Part shown: positions 36,483 through 49,854 of the stretch, piece by piece
Position numbering within the stretch: position 1 is the stretch's first letter
Layout: every line of letters starts with the position of its first letter
DNA from: Ministeria vibrans ATCC 50519
Lineage: Eukaryota > Protista > Filasterea
Direction: 5' to 3'
Length of the DNA stretch: 49,960 bases
Assembly: GCA_943704425.1 (NCBI GenBank)
Contig: CALSCP010001671.1
Span: forward strand, 1-49,960
Position numbers and translations under genes: made by a program
The notes under the pieces: generated by a model
The model's database searches: none
What the model saw: the letters and a program-made list of their open reading frames with translations, nothing else
Told to the model about the DNA's origin: nothing

Positions 36483-36608
36483 ATGGCACTCAACGACGAC
36501 GAAGTCGCAAAACAGATCCAGCACATGGTTGCCTTCATCAAGTCGGAGGCAACGGAGAAGTGCCAGGAAATCGAGGCCAAGGCCAACGAGGAGTTCTCCA
36601 TCGAAAAG
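36483..36608 (+). CDS. ATP6V1E1: V-ATPase V1 subunit E, first exon only
   Basis: [42 protein letters not shown] then a GT donor; no later exon found. Confidence 0.88.
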
Positions 36609-37082
36609 GTGCCCGCGCCCGCGCCCTGCCGCCTCCCTCTTGCTCCCCCCTTCCCCTCACTCCCCTACCACTCTTGTTTCTATTGTCTTTCTCGTTTTTT
36701 TTTTTTTTTTTTTTTTATGATGGATTGTGCGATGCCACGACGACAACGGAAATACGGGGCCAATCGCCGGTTTGGAGCGCACGGGGGGCGGGGCTGGGGG
36801 CAACTAGACGAGCCCAGCGCAGGCGAGCGCGAGGCGTGCAGCGTACGCGATGCGCTGACGACACACAGACCAAACAAATGTCTTGAGGGGAGGAGGGATG
36901 GAGCCGCGACGGCCAACAACAACCGCTGCTATGCACACACGTTGATCTACAATACCTGTTATGTAGGGGGTGAATAAAAAAATTGGTTGAAACTTGAAAG
37001 TTGAAAGTTGAAACTCGAAAGTAGAAACTGAAAAATGAAACCAAAACGTGTCTGTCATGAATAATTTTTCAACTCCTTTGGT

Positions 37083-39390
37083 TCACTTCTCCTGCGACGA
37101 CTCGTCGTCATTCTCGGCCTTCTCACTTTCATGCACGTTGAAAATGTGCACCAGGTCATTTACATCGCTGAAAGGGTGGCCCAGACGCACGAGACGGCGT
37201 GCAATGCCCGTCTGCAACATCAATGCGAGTTATATTATGACAGTTTGATCAAGTTGGTCCCTATTGTACCTTTCCAAACATATTCCACAAGAGAACGCCG
37301 ACCACGTGACGGTCGCGCATGTAGAAGACAACACCCTTGTTGTACTCGCGCGAGTCCTGTGCCAACTCACTCGCACTCTCACTGACCAACTGCAACAAAG
37401 TGTGTGTCAAGTCACAAATCACTCACAATCTCTCCCTTTTAGCTGTTAAAAACAAAGAAGAAGAAAAAGAAGAAGAAGAAAAAAAAAAGGTTGATCGTAC
37501 CTCATCACCGTCATGCGCCCACACACCGACCGTCTCGAGCGACGAGTCGACGAGCCCCACAGCCTCAAAGCCGACCTTGGGCCCGAGATCACTCCAGAAC
37601 ATGCTCTGATGCGCATAGGGACGCACACCGCCCGCCATGTTCTCACCCGCCAGACGCCCTGAGATCACCGCGTGATCGTGGTGCTCAACGCGACGACGGC
37701 CCAGCGTAATGTCATGGAATGACGCACAGTCTCCTAAGAAAACAAACATGTGTGCAAAACATTGGAGGTAGCATTAGGGTTATAAGAATAAGAGTGAAGG
37801 GGCAGGGTGTACCGGCAACATAGACATTGCTGCGCGTCTCGAGCTCAGCATTAGCAATGATTCCGCCATTGTCTCGGTCAATCTCAAGACCAGCGCGTCG
37901 AGCCAACTCCACATTGGGCGTCACACCCACGGCCATCACAACCTCATCGACAACAATCTATAGAGCAACCAAGTACTACTTTAAGATAGGGTGTTTATCA
38001 TGTACCATCGTTCGTACCGAGTCGCCGTTAGACAGGCCCAAAAGAAGACGACCACCGTCGGTCTGGGCAACGGAGTGGACGCGGGCATGGGGCACGACGC
38101 GCACGCCTTGGTCGCGCACGCGCTGCGTTGTCCATTCGCTCAGGTAGCGCGGGAAGACGCGCGCCAGATTGCCCTGTTCGGGGAAGATTTGTGTGACTGT
38201 CTCGAGAGAGCACGTGGGGTCTTGGGCGCGCTGGGCGAGGGCAACGCTGAGTTCGGAACCAAGGAAGGAGCCGCCAACAACGGCAACGTCGCGGATGGAC
38301 GAGCGCGCGAGCCCATCGAGACGCACAAAGTCATCGTGGCGACGGAAGAGTGTCACGTGGTCAGCAATGGGCTGCGGGGAGTCAATGAAGAGCGGCACTT
38401 CGACGGGCTGTGCACCCGTCGCGAGCAGACACTTGTCGTAGGTGACGCGACGACCGTCGGACAGTGTGAGGCGCTGACGACGCAGCTCCAGACGAACTGC
38501 TGTTGTGCCTGTGAGCACTGCTACGCCTCCTTCGTCGTGGGGACGCGCCATGAGCTCCTCCGGTGTGCAGTAGAATTCGCTGGGTTTGTACACAAGATCG
38601 CGCTGTTGGCCGTTCCAGTCGATGAACTGCTTGGCGTCGACCGTCTTCTTGGGACTGAACCACATTTCCTTGCTGAGGGGCGGACGAGCGTACGGCAAGG
38701 CGTCTTCGCCAGCAATCACCAGAATGCGAGCCTTGCGATCCTTGTCCATGATCCCGCGCATCGCCGAGAAGCATGCGGTGCCGCCGCCGACGAGCACGTA
38801 GGTCGCGTGCAGCTCGCCCGCCTCGAGAATCTGCGCCTTTTTTGGCACGGACGCAGCCTTAGCCGGGTCCTCGGAGGAAGTGCGCGGCAGTGATGGGGTG
38901 GAGGAGGCAGGGGAGGGGGCAGAGGGGGAGGAGGAGGGCGCCAACGATGGGGTGTGAGGGGCAGCCGAGGACGGCGCCTCAAAAGACTCTGGCGCAGTCG
39001 CTTGGTACACCTGCAAAGGGGGAGAATGGGCAGGCAAGGGGATGGGTGGGCGCGTGTGTCAGGATGGTGGAGGCAAGGCAGGGGAGTGATCGCGTACGTA
39101 TGTCACAGCACCGGCGAATGCGCCCATGGCGACCATCAACGGGACGTTCCAATCGGCGCCCGCCTCTGATCCACGGTGGCTGCACAGCAAGGGGAGAGAG
39201 AGGGGAGGAGGGGGGATGCGGTTAGTGGGTTGGTGGGATCGCTGCCGGCGTGGGTGGCGTACGCGGAGGAGGAGGACGAGGCGAAGCGACGTCGCTGAGA
39301 ATGATACCATTCTCGCACTTGTCTGGATGCGACAGGCCGCACAGTCGACGCCGCTGATCCAAACAGTCTGTTGAGAGACTGGCGAAACAT
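37083..39390 (-). CDS. AIFM1: Mitochondrial apoptosis-inducing factor (multi-exon)
   Basis: Presequence-like N-terminus; [70 protein letters not shown]. Confidence 0.96.
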
Positions 39391-39702
39391 GATAGAGTGC
39401 GTGAAAGAGGGGAAGAAGAATGCCGATTTGACGATGAGATTATTGAGACTAAAACTCTCGGGTGAATGATCATTCCTTCGTTTGATCAAGACGAAGGGAG
39501 AGAGCTACGGCAGCAAACTCGCTACCACCGAATGTAGTCAGTTGCTTCATGCTTGCCTGTTACTGATGTTAGTGAGTACCTTGTGCCATCACTAAGCAAC
39601 ATTGATAATTTATCTTTCCATTCATAACTTATTTCTGTTTGTGCGAGATTGCAAATCAAAAGAGTTATTTATTTAAGAGTAACTTTATTTGTCGATCACA
39701 CA

Positions 39703-41008
39703 ATGCTCCCTCGATCACGGCTTACGGTCCTTGCCGTCGCCGTCACTGTGTGTGTGATGGTGGCACTGCGGTCATCATCGTCGTCGTCGGGTGCGACCGC
39801 CCATGCAGACAGCGAGGAGGGCGTTGTGGTACACGGCCGGTCATTGTCGCGTCCTCCTCCTCCTTCTTACTCCCTCGTTTTGCAGTCGATTGTGCATGCG
39901 AACGAAGCACGCGAACAGACGCGCCAAGTGGACGTCGGTGGCGCTCGCGCGGCTGCCGCAGCAGCGCCTCCCGTGGTGTTTGCGGCGCCCATTGAAGTGC
40001 GCGACAGCATTGCGCCAACACGCCTCACGTCGCCGCAGATCGCTCCCGACGCCCTCGACGGCTATCGGGGGAAGCAAAGCCAGGCAAGGTGGCGGTTTAT
40101 GGAGGCGGCGGTGCGCGAGGAGCGCGGCGAAGGCGTCATCATCGACTACGGCGCTGCCTTTGGCTTCTTCTCGCTGCTCACTGCCGATCTCAACCGACAG
40201 TGGAAGCCGTGGGTCCTCTCCGTCGACGACCAACGCCAGAACCATGGCTTGGTCTACCACTCGAGCAAGATCACCGAGTACACTCTGGACCATTGTGTGC
40301 TCTGCAAGTGCCCTTTCTCCATCGACCTCATCAACGACTTTGCCCGACGCGGCGTCCAATTCCACATCCAGTTTCTCATGAGTATCTTCCACTGGCTTCC
40401 CATCAAAGACGAAGTATGCGCCTCGTCTTAACACTTTGATCCTTTTATTTTCTCCCACCACTCATGGTCCCCTCTCGTAGAACCATCACAAAGAAGTCCT
40501 TGGGAATCTGCTGGCCTTGTCGCCAGTCACCTTTATTGAGCTTCCTCATCGACTTGAGGGACCCGGTGACCAGCGAGTGTGGTAAGCAGCAAAAGAAATT
40601 GGCTAGCACGCTTCTGTCTGTCTTCTTAAGTCTGCCTTTTCTCCATTCCTGTCCAGGTACGGGTCGCGTAGGGAACCAGCGGAGACCATTTCGGACGCTT
40701 TGGCACACCATGGCGACGTGGGTACTGTCACCCTACTTGGCGCCACTCCCGCCAGTGGCTCAGGGCTGTGCCAGCGCGACGAAATGCGCGGCAAACCCTG
40801 CACCAGACTCACTTTTATTGTGCGCAACTCCTCGGCCAAAACCCGTTTTGAAGCAGCGGCAAAGGGTACATACACATTACGCACTGTGTTGAGTGTGCGC
40901 AAACACATTGTCGCTTGTATTTTAGGCAAAGACGCGCAAATTGCGCGAAGTGCAATGGAGGCGCTTCAGTGTCAAGGCGACCGGCGCTTCTTTGGCGAGT
41001 CCCCCTGA
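39703..41008 (+). CDS. Type II membrane SAM-dependent methyltransferase-like protein (multi-exon)
   Basis: N-terminal TM anchor, Ser/Pro/Ala stem, IIDYGAAFGFFSL (motif I), VLSVDD (motif II), FLMSIFHW. Confidence 0.7.
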
Positions 41009-41247
41009 TTGTATTGCAACATAGTCACCATTCATTGTAGAAGTATAGAAAAGCAATAAACAATGAGAAGCGTCATCTTGTTATTATCTAAAATATAAAT
41101 TTAATTCTAATGAGTCCATTTTGGTATGAGTCACAGATCTGCACCTATGAACTATCGATCAGAAGCAAACAATAAAGCAGTCAAGCGTCAATCAAGTTCA
41201 AAACTAATTAAACTAAATATTAATTTGTCCCTGTTCAATAAATGTGC

Positions 41248-41837
41248 ATGTCTGTTGCTCCCCCAACGCGTTTGCGGGTCGTGAGTTTGGGCAACTCTGG
41301 AGTGGTGATGATGAGGAGAGGAATTAATGTGTTTAGAGGATGCAAATGAAAATCATCCAATCATAGGGGAAATCCTGTCTTATTAAGCGTCACTGCGAAG
41401 GAGCCTTTGTGCCAGAGTACATGTCTACCATTGGAGTTGACTACGGCACCCTGGTTGTTTCAGATTTGCTCAAAATCGATTTTTTCGACACAGCGGGATC
41501 TGATCTTTTCCGCACGACTCGCGAAGAATTTCTTGTCCTGGCCGATGCGGCCCTGCTGGTGTACGACGTGACCAATTATGCATCGTTTGACGCACTGCAC
41601 GGCTGGTTGACTCTTTTGGACCGAGCGACGTGCCATTCCATTGTTGTGTGCGGTAACCAAGGCGACAAGCGTGACACCACAGACCCTTCTCGCTGTGTCC
41701 CTGCCGCGCAGGGACGCGCCTGGGCCGACCAGCACCAAATTCCTTTCTTTGAAACAAGTGCTCTCACAGGCGAGAGCGTTCACGAAGCGTTCAGTTGTCT
41801 CGTCAATTGCAATAGTCTCAACCAACGTAATAGTTAA
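41248..41837 (+). CDS. RJL-family Rab-like small GTPase without a J domain (2 exons)
   Basis: VVSLGNSGV|GKSCLIKRHCE..F..EYMSTIGVDYG, FDTAGS, FFETSA; matches the DNAJC27/Rjl GTPase pattern. Confidence 0.82.
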
Positions 41838-42019
41838 TTGAGGACAACATGAACTTATTGAACCCTGTTCTCAATTCTCGTAATTGTTCTCTTTCTCTTA
41901 ATAATAATGATAATAATAATCTTATTATAATAATAAGTTTATTATTATTAATTGTGTTGTGTATTGCTTTTCTCATTATAAATGTACAACAATAAAAACT
42001 TTCTATTACTATAACATTT

Positions 42020-43614
42020 CTACTTGGGCTTAAAATGCAACAGCAGATCGCCAAGCTCTTCGAGACCGTCGCCCGTGTGCGACGACACTGCAACCGCACC
42101 GGCAAACACCACTGCCTTTGGCTGCGTCGTCGCCTTCTTCTTCTTATGCGCCTCCGTCTTTTCCTCTCGCTGCTCGCGACGCACCATCTCATTCCACTCA
42201 ACATTGGTATACTCAATGCACTGCTGCGCAAGAATTCGCTGTTCGTCCGACTCGGTTTTGGTGAAGGCGACGGCAAAGGGTCGCGACCGCAGCACGTGCG
42301 CTCCCTGTGCCCCCTTGGAGCGATACGCATGGACCTCATGTAGCAGCAGCGACACCGTTTCGCGTGCCGTACGAAACGGATCGCGTGGCGACAACTGAAA
42401 GCCATTGATGTCGATGACAAAGAGCAGCCCGCGCGTGCGCTCCAGGTGCCGCAGAAACCGATGGCCCATCCCTCGATTGGCATGCGCACCCTCCACCAGA
42501 CCAGGCACATCTGCAATTACAATGCGGTGCGGCATAGTGCTATTGTCAAATACCATGGAGCCCAGGTGTGGCCGAAGCGTCGTAACTACACGCACAGGAG
42601 AAAAACAAAAAGAAAAGAAAAGAAAAGAAAAAACTGAGAGCAGTTTGTGTGCACTATTGCACGACACACTACTTACACGGGTAGGCTCCAACTTTGGGAC
42701 GTGCACGTGATATGTGCCGAAGTAAAGTCGACTTTCCAGCATTGGGAAATCTACACAAATAACCCTTTCAATTCATACTCGCTTACTTAATAGTAGACAC
42801 ACAAGTGTGCGTGTGTACCCAATTAATCCAACGTCCGCCAAACTCTTGAGCTCCAACAGCACCTTCTTACGCTCACCCTTGAGCGACCGTGCCTTGCCCG
42901 CCGTCCCATACTCAACTCGGCCACCGGGACCACCTTTGGCCAAGACGTAGCGTTCCCCATAGTCGGCCAGATCGGCCATGAGCTTCATCGAGGTTGCATC
43001 AAACACCTGAGAAGAGGAAAGCGTGAACAACGCGAAAGGGCTCCACTTCGCTTTCTTACCTGTGTTCCGCGCGGCACATGCACCAGCTTGGACGCCGCCG
43101 CTTTCATGGTCACTCGACGGTTCTCGCGAGTGGCCGCCGGGCCGTTTCGACCGCGAAACGTCATCTGCTTGAGCGTACGGAAGTCGGCAACACCCGGCGA
43201 GGCGACCAGCTCAATGTCGCCTCCGCGTCCACCGTGTCCGCCGGCCCATCCGTTGCCTCCGCTTCCGCCAACCGCCACCAGAAACAGCTGATCCGTAATG
43301 CGCTGCTCGTGGTTGTCCTGCTCGCGCCGTAGCCGCGTTGCTTCGTCGGCATCCTCCAAAGGCCCCTTGCCCGTCCCATCAAGCGACATGTTCCCTTCTC
43401 CTGCCCTCTCCCGCTCCACCAGCCTCTCCCGCTCCACCACCTCCACCACCATCCCGCTGCCCCCCTTCTCCTCCCCGGCCACCCCCGTCGCTTCCCCCGC
43501 CATCGCCACTTCTCTCCCTTTCACCATGGCCTCCCGCACACTTCGTCGCTGCCTCGCAAAGCCGCGAACCCCCCTCAAGCTCACATCCGCCTGACGACTG
43601 AGCAATCGCAGCAT
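42020..43614 (-). CDS. GTPBP10: Mitochondrial Obg-family GTPase (multi-exon)
   Basis: [24 protein letters not shown]|[49 protein letters not shown] (GTPBP10-like). Confidence 0.88.
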
Positions 43615-43765
43615 ATACCCCTATTCGTCAAAACAGCCCAACCGAGGGTACGTGTGTGTATGGGAATGAATAAAGAATTAAAGATATCGAATACTCGTCG
43701 TAATCAATAACTCGAATATCTTTGAAAATCTCATTTTTCAAATATCATTCTTTTTGGAATTTGGA

Positions 43766-46700
43766 ATGGAGTCTGCTATCAAATCCATATTTTGCGACGC
43801 CCAACGGCCGTATGCCAACGAGGGAGCGCTCGTCAAGCAACTCGTCACACTCAGCGTTCGTCACAAAACCGACATTGCTACATTTCGCGACACCTTCACC
43901 GCCCTCGTCAACCATGCCCTGGTCGTCGGCAAGCGCGAGCCGAGTGTCGAACGTCTCGTGCGCATCCTCTCCGCCTATGCTGCCAGTACTTCCTCTCCAG
44001 ACTCCGAAAATGCCAATACCGACTTTGTCCCCTTCTTTGTCGAGTACGCCGCTCCGCTCCTGCCCCCTCCCGCACGCTCTCTCTCTTCCACCCCACACAT
44101 AATACTTCATACCCATGCATTGGCACCATTGCAAATCCCCTTCAATCATCCCTTGTCGTCTTTTTCACTCGGCGCAAATTTCAAAAAAAAAAAGCAAAAA
44201 AATCAAAACCCGATTCCACAACGCTCCACAGTGCTTTACTCTCTACTCCGCCTTCCACCCACGCATATTCAATGCTCCTTTATACCCTCAGACGCTTATC
44301 TGCACGTATCCAACGCATGTCTCACACATTCGTATTTTTTCAAAAATCAAAAATCAAAAATAAAAACACAGTTCACTTTTGGCTCGTGCGAATGCGCAAG
44401 ACAAGGCGGTGCGCTTCCGCGTGTGTCAAATTGTCGCCAAGATCCTTCAATCGCTCCCTGAAGAAGCCGAGGTGAGTCTCGATGGAGTCTGTTTGGTCCA
44501 CACACTTCTCGTAATGTTGTTGTTGTATGTGTTTGTCTCACACTCCCTCTCTCCCCTACGCGCTGCCCAGGTTGACGACGCGTGCTGGGAGAACGTCCAC
44601 GACGCCATGATGATCCGCACCAAGGACCGGATGCCGCTGGTGCGTGTCCAGGCGATCAATGCGCTCAGCCGGCTGCAGGATCCCACCAACCCAGACTGTC
44701 CCGTCATTCTGGAATTCATTCGTCTCATGACCACCGACAGCAGGTAATATTAATAATTATTATTCTTTTTGCTTTTTTTGTTTTTGTAACAAATTTCCTC
44801 TTTTGTTTTACTTGTTGCTAGCCCGGACGTGCGCAAAGCAGCTCTCGGCAACATGGCCTTGTCGAAGCTGACGGCGCGCCACATCATCGGACGCACCCGT
44901 GACATCAAGGACGCCGTGCGCCGCCATGCCTTCAATGTGCTCACCCAAAAGGTAAGCAATAGTTAATAATCATAATAATATTGATCAACAATGGTGTTTA
45001 GGTCCACGTGCGTGCCTTCTCCATCTCAGACCGCATCACTCTGCTGGAACACGGCCTTAGCGACCGCGACGAGTCGGTGCGCAAGGCATGTGTTGACATG
45101 CTCGTGGGTCAGCCCACCAGCTGGCTTGAGTCCCTCGACGGCTCCATTGTGGCGCTGCTTGAGTGCCTTGACGTGCAGCACGAGCGTGAGCATGCCGTCA
45201 CCGCTTTGCGTGCCGTTTTGGGCCACGCCAGTCAACGCGACCGTGTGTACACACTCGCCGATTTTGACATGGCGTCTCTCACACCCGAGCGTGTCCTCTT
45301 TTGGTCTGTTGTCGCCGACACGTACAAGGAGGAGGAAGAGGCGCTCGAGGCACTCTTGCCTGACGTGCCCGCCTTTGCCGAGGTGCTCGAGACGCACACC
45401 ACTCGTGCCGCACATGCACATCGCGAAATGATCACAATCAGCGCATCCGCAGAGGATGCCAGCACCGACGATGAAAACCTCGAAAATGCCATCTTTGTTG
45501 CTGGCGAGCTCCTTAACATGGCGCTGCAATTCGACTTTGCCGACGAAGGCGGTCGTCAGAACATGATGGCGCTTGTCACACGCGCTCTCACCGATCTCGA
45601 CGTTCCCCCGACACACCTCGAGGCGCTCGTGCAGCTCTCCGGCAAGCTGTGTTCATCGCTTTCGGAGCGTTGCGAGCTCGTTGCCCAGCTCATTTCAGAC
45701 GTGCGCGAGCCTATTCAGCTGCAGGCAACCCCCAAGAAGGCATCGTCGGCTCGCTCACAGACGCGCGAAATGCAAATGCGTCTGGCTGCCGTCAAGATCA
45801 GCCTGATGGAGCTCGACGACAAGAAAGAGGCTCTCGTGGCCGCCGAAGACTTTGCGGGCGCCGCCGAGGTCAAGGAACGCATTGAGGAGCTCAAGCAAGA
45901 GAAGGAACAACTCATGGCCGCGGCGTCGGACGCGGACCAGCAGGTGACTGAGGCGAAGAAGGAGGCTACGCGCCAAGTGAAAAACTCTCCCTCAGCATGG
46001 CGCCGCTGTCTTGCTCTCTGCACCCACTTGCTCGAAGACATTGCCGAGCCCTTCTCGACGTCCCAACGTCCCCCCGAGTCTCTCGTTGAGCTTGTGGAGT
46101 CGCTGCTGCTACCGGCCATCCAATTGGCAGACCCGGTCATTCGAAATGCTGCTGTGCGCGCGCTCGGTCTCTACTGCCTGCACGATCTTGCCCTGGCCCG
46201 TGTCCATCTGTTGCTCTTTTTGCAGGTGGCGCAGGTAGATCAGGACGAGCTCATTGTGACATCGCTGCAGGTTCTCTTTGATCTCATGCTTACCTACGGC
46301 CCCGACGCTTTTTCCATTGCCAAGCCACAAGAGGGCAGCGAGGAGGAGCGGGAGGAGGACGACGACGACGACAGCATCGAACCAAAGACGAAGAAGAGCG
46401 TCACAACGTTTTCGGTGCTGCCAGTGCTCATGCGCTACCTTGACCACGAAAATGGCGACCTGCGAACCGTGGCCGCCGAAGGATTTGCGCGTCTGCTTTT
46501 CTGCAGTCGCATTGTGTCGTCGCAGCTGCTAAGTCGTCTGCTTATCCTTTACTTCAACCCGACGACCGAAGAGGACACGCGTCTGCGCCAGGCCCTCTCC
46601 GTCTTCTTCCCGGCGTTTGCCTTTGCTTCCCTCGACCGGCAACAGCTGCTTGCTGATGCCTTTATCCCGACCCTCAAGACCATTGCCAATGCACCAAAGG

Positions 46701-47597
46701 TACCGGCAAAATTCGAGTGATGATACTACTCAATAATGCTAATATTCTACGTTGTGTTGCAGACGTCGCCTTTGCACTCCATCAAACTGGACACAGTGTC
46801 GCGCTTTATTGTGTACCTGTGCGACGGTGTGCACCTGAGTGAGATGGCCAGGCGACGCACGGCACGGCACGCGACGCCTGTGCACGACGACATTGCCGAG
46901 AAGGTGTGCAACGAAGTGATTGCTCTCTGTGGCGGACTGGACGAGAGTGTGTTGTGCAGTGCCCTTTGTCGTGTCCTCGTGTTGCTGCGTGTCTCGGTTG
47001 AGGCAGAAGAGCTAATGGAGGGTCTGCGTGTGCTGGTGACCCATGTCATTGACACCCTGGATGACCGTGCAGCTCTCAAGAATGTGCTCAAGTTTCAGGC
47101 ACTCATCGAGCCTGAAGAGGAGGAGGACGAGGTGCGGGAAGATGTCGACGAGGATGTGGAGGAAGAAGAAGATGAGGAGGAGGAGGAGAAGGAAACGCCC
47201 GTCAAGGTTGCACAAAAGCGCACGACCACAAGCAAGGCGAGACCAAAGAGGGCCACGTCGAACAAGAAAACGGAAGAAGTGGAAGCGCCAGCTGGGGAGG
47301 AAGACGAAGAACACGAGGAAGATATTGAAAATGTCAAGGTGACCACAGCACGCGGCAAAGCCATCAAATCAAAGAAGCCGTAAGCTGTGTATGCGTAGAG
47401 AACAAGAATGTTGATGGGTGTTTTTTTTGTTTTTGTTTTTGTTTTCGTAGTGCGGAACCTAAGAAGAAGAAGAAGGCAGTTGTGGAGAAGCCTGTTGTGG
47501 AAGGAACGAGGCGCTCCGCCAGGTAAACTCAATCTGATGCGATTATACACTTTGATAACATGATGCTGTGTTTAGGACAAGGGCTTTGAAAGCATGA
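43766..47597 (+). CDS. NCAPG: Condensin I subunit G (multi-exon)
   Basis: AQDKAVRFRVCQ, DRMPLVRVQAINALSRLQ, RTRDIKDAVRR, GLSDRD, DFADEGGR, AEGFARL, RLRQALSVFFP; acidic/basic tail. Confidence 0.95.
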
Positions 47598-48088
47598 GTT
47601 CGGAGTGTGAAAATGAAATTTTCAAAGAAATCAAACAACACCATAATAACGAATAATAATAATTTTATTATTATTAATATAATTATTATTGATTATAATA
47701 TTATTCAGTATTGTGCATTTTTTCATGATTTGGCAAAGTTTTTATACCGCGCACGGTTGGCGCGCGGTTGTCAGTGCTCTTCACCGTACGCGACGGCACG
47801 CCGAGTACCGCTTACTAACTAAGGTCCGACGTCACCAAGACGACGCTTGACTCGTCTTGCGACTTCTCAGCAACTCATAGACAGGCAGGCAAGCAGGGAA
47901 AATAGAGAAACATCCGCTCTGACTGAGGAAAAACAATTTTGAACATTTACATTGCGTTGTGGTGGCAACGCAGTTTGAGCATTTCTAAAAACTCTCTTTC
48001 AAAAAGTCCGAGTAGGATGTAAAGACTGGCAAGTGCGATGTGTAGTCCTATCCATACTAATTGTACATTCATTTTTTCTTCGAATTAA

Positions 48089-49757
48089 TCAGAGTTTTGG
48101 CTTTGGTTTGAGGCCAACGATTCCCTCTGACTGGAGCTGATCAATTTCCAGTTGAGAGAAACCACAGTCAAGAAGTACAGCGGTCGTGTGCTGGTCGACA
48201 AACGGACGAGGGCCCAGTACTGTACCAAACCACAGTGTCATGTCAGACTCACACACTCACCACAAAACACACTCACACCACAAAGAAGATACACACACAC
48301 CACAAAGACACACACACGCACACACACACCACTTACCGGTGCGCGAGAAGCCCCCCGCGGGTGTCTCAGAGAGAAGGGGAGCAGGCGCAGGCTCATAATC
48401 GTCTAGAGAACACACACACACACACAAGTCAAGACGGAGCAAGTGGACAAAAATCATATTTTTCTGGGTTACCCTCTGTACGCACTCCCGCCAGTTTGCG
48501 AGCCTTCGCGTGTGCGTTGACGCGCGTCCCTGTGTCGTGTTGTATCACCGGAAGCACACATGCGTCGCTCCCGCCAAACACTCCCATCCACTCGTCCACG
48601 GTGCGTGTCTTAAACCGTTGCTCAAACGCCTAAAATAATTCTCAATAAAATGTTGCAGACGAATGTTTCAAGAAAGTTGAACCTTTGCCATTGTGGGCCA
48701 GCTTTCCTGATCCATTTGGTCGCCCACCTCATCTGGATTCATCCCAAAGAGTCGCACAAACTCGGCAAAGAACTAAAGAATAATGAATTTGAGTGCAGCA
48801 CAAGGTTGCAATAGCGAATACCTTTGGCTCGAGACACCCCACTGTGATAAATTCGCCGCCTTTGCACTCGTATGTGCGGTAAAAGGGCGCATCGCCATCA
48901 AGCACGCCCCGTCCGCGTCGTGTCGGGTTCGACCCACCCACATAGCCCTGTGCTGTGCCGTGCGTCAGGAAAGTGCCCATGTAAGCAGCCCCGTCCACCA
49001 TCGACGCATCCACCACCTGAGCGAACCTAGTGAGCAAACCGTTATCGAGTATTTTTCTGAGCGCACCTGTCCCTTGTTGGTCACGTGGCGACGTTGCAAG
49101 GCACACAGAATGCCAAACGAACAGAGGAGCGCGCCGCCTCCAAAATCAGCCAGGAGGTTCACGGGCGGTGTGGGTCGCTGGCCGGGGGTCCCTTTCACAA
49201 AGACACACTGGTCACACACGACTGAAGGGTTGTTCTCTCGGACACATACCCAGCACAGACAGCACGCCACTGACACCCGCATAGTTGATGTCGTGCCCCG
49301 CCATGTGTGCGTACGGGCCCTCCTGCCCAAACCCAGTCAGACGGGCGTACACAAGCGCCGGATTGAGCTTGCACAGCACATCAGGCCCCATCTTCAGCGA
49401 CTCCATCACGCCCGGCCGGAAAGGCTCAAGAACCACGTCGAAGGAGGCGATCATCCGGCTGACAACGGAGGCGGCGCTGGCGTGTTTCAGGTCGAGACAA
49501 ACCGACTTCTACGCGGAAACACCACAAAAAGATGGTTTGCCACGCCCCATCGCTGCCGTCTCCCACGCCGCGACGCGGAGAAGGGAGTGGCGTCGTCCCA
49601 CAGGGCGTACCTTGCCGCGCGAGAGGCGGTCGGGGTTGTACGGCACTGGTTTGTCCACTCGCACCACCTCAGCGCCAAAGTCTGCCAGCATCATGCCGCA
49701 CATGGGGGCAGGCGCCAGCCCTGCAAATTCCAGGACGCGCAGTCCTCGGAGTGCCAT
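48089..49757 (-). CDS. AMACR: Alpha-methylacyl-CoA racemase (CaiB/BaiF family, multi-exon), PTS1-like end PKL
   Basis: [78 protein letters not shown]; ends KPKL*. Confidence 0.94.
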
Positions 49758-49854
49758 ACTGAATATTAAATATCAAAGAAATTTATTATAATAATTATTA
49801 TTATTATGTCGATTATCACGGTTATCGGGCGATTTTGATTAGGATTATTTTAGG

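Noticed and set aside
45800-45910. UVR-like coiled-coil insert in NCAPG (AEDFAGAAEVKERI)
   Set aside because: A similar segment is, as I recall, present in animal NCAPG, so it is not novel.
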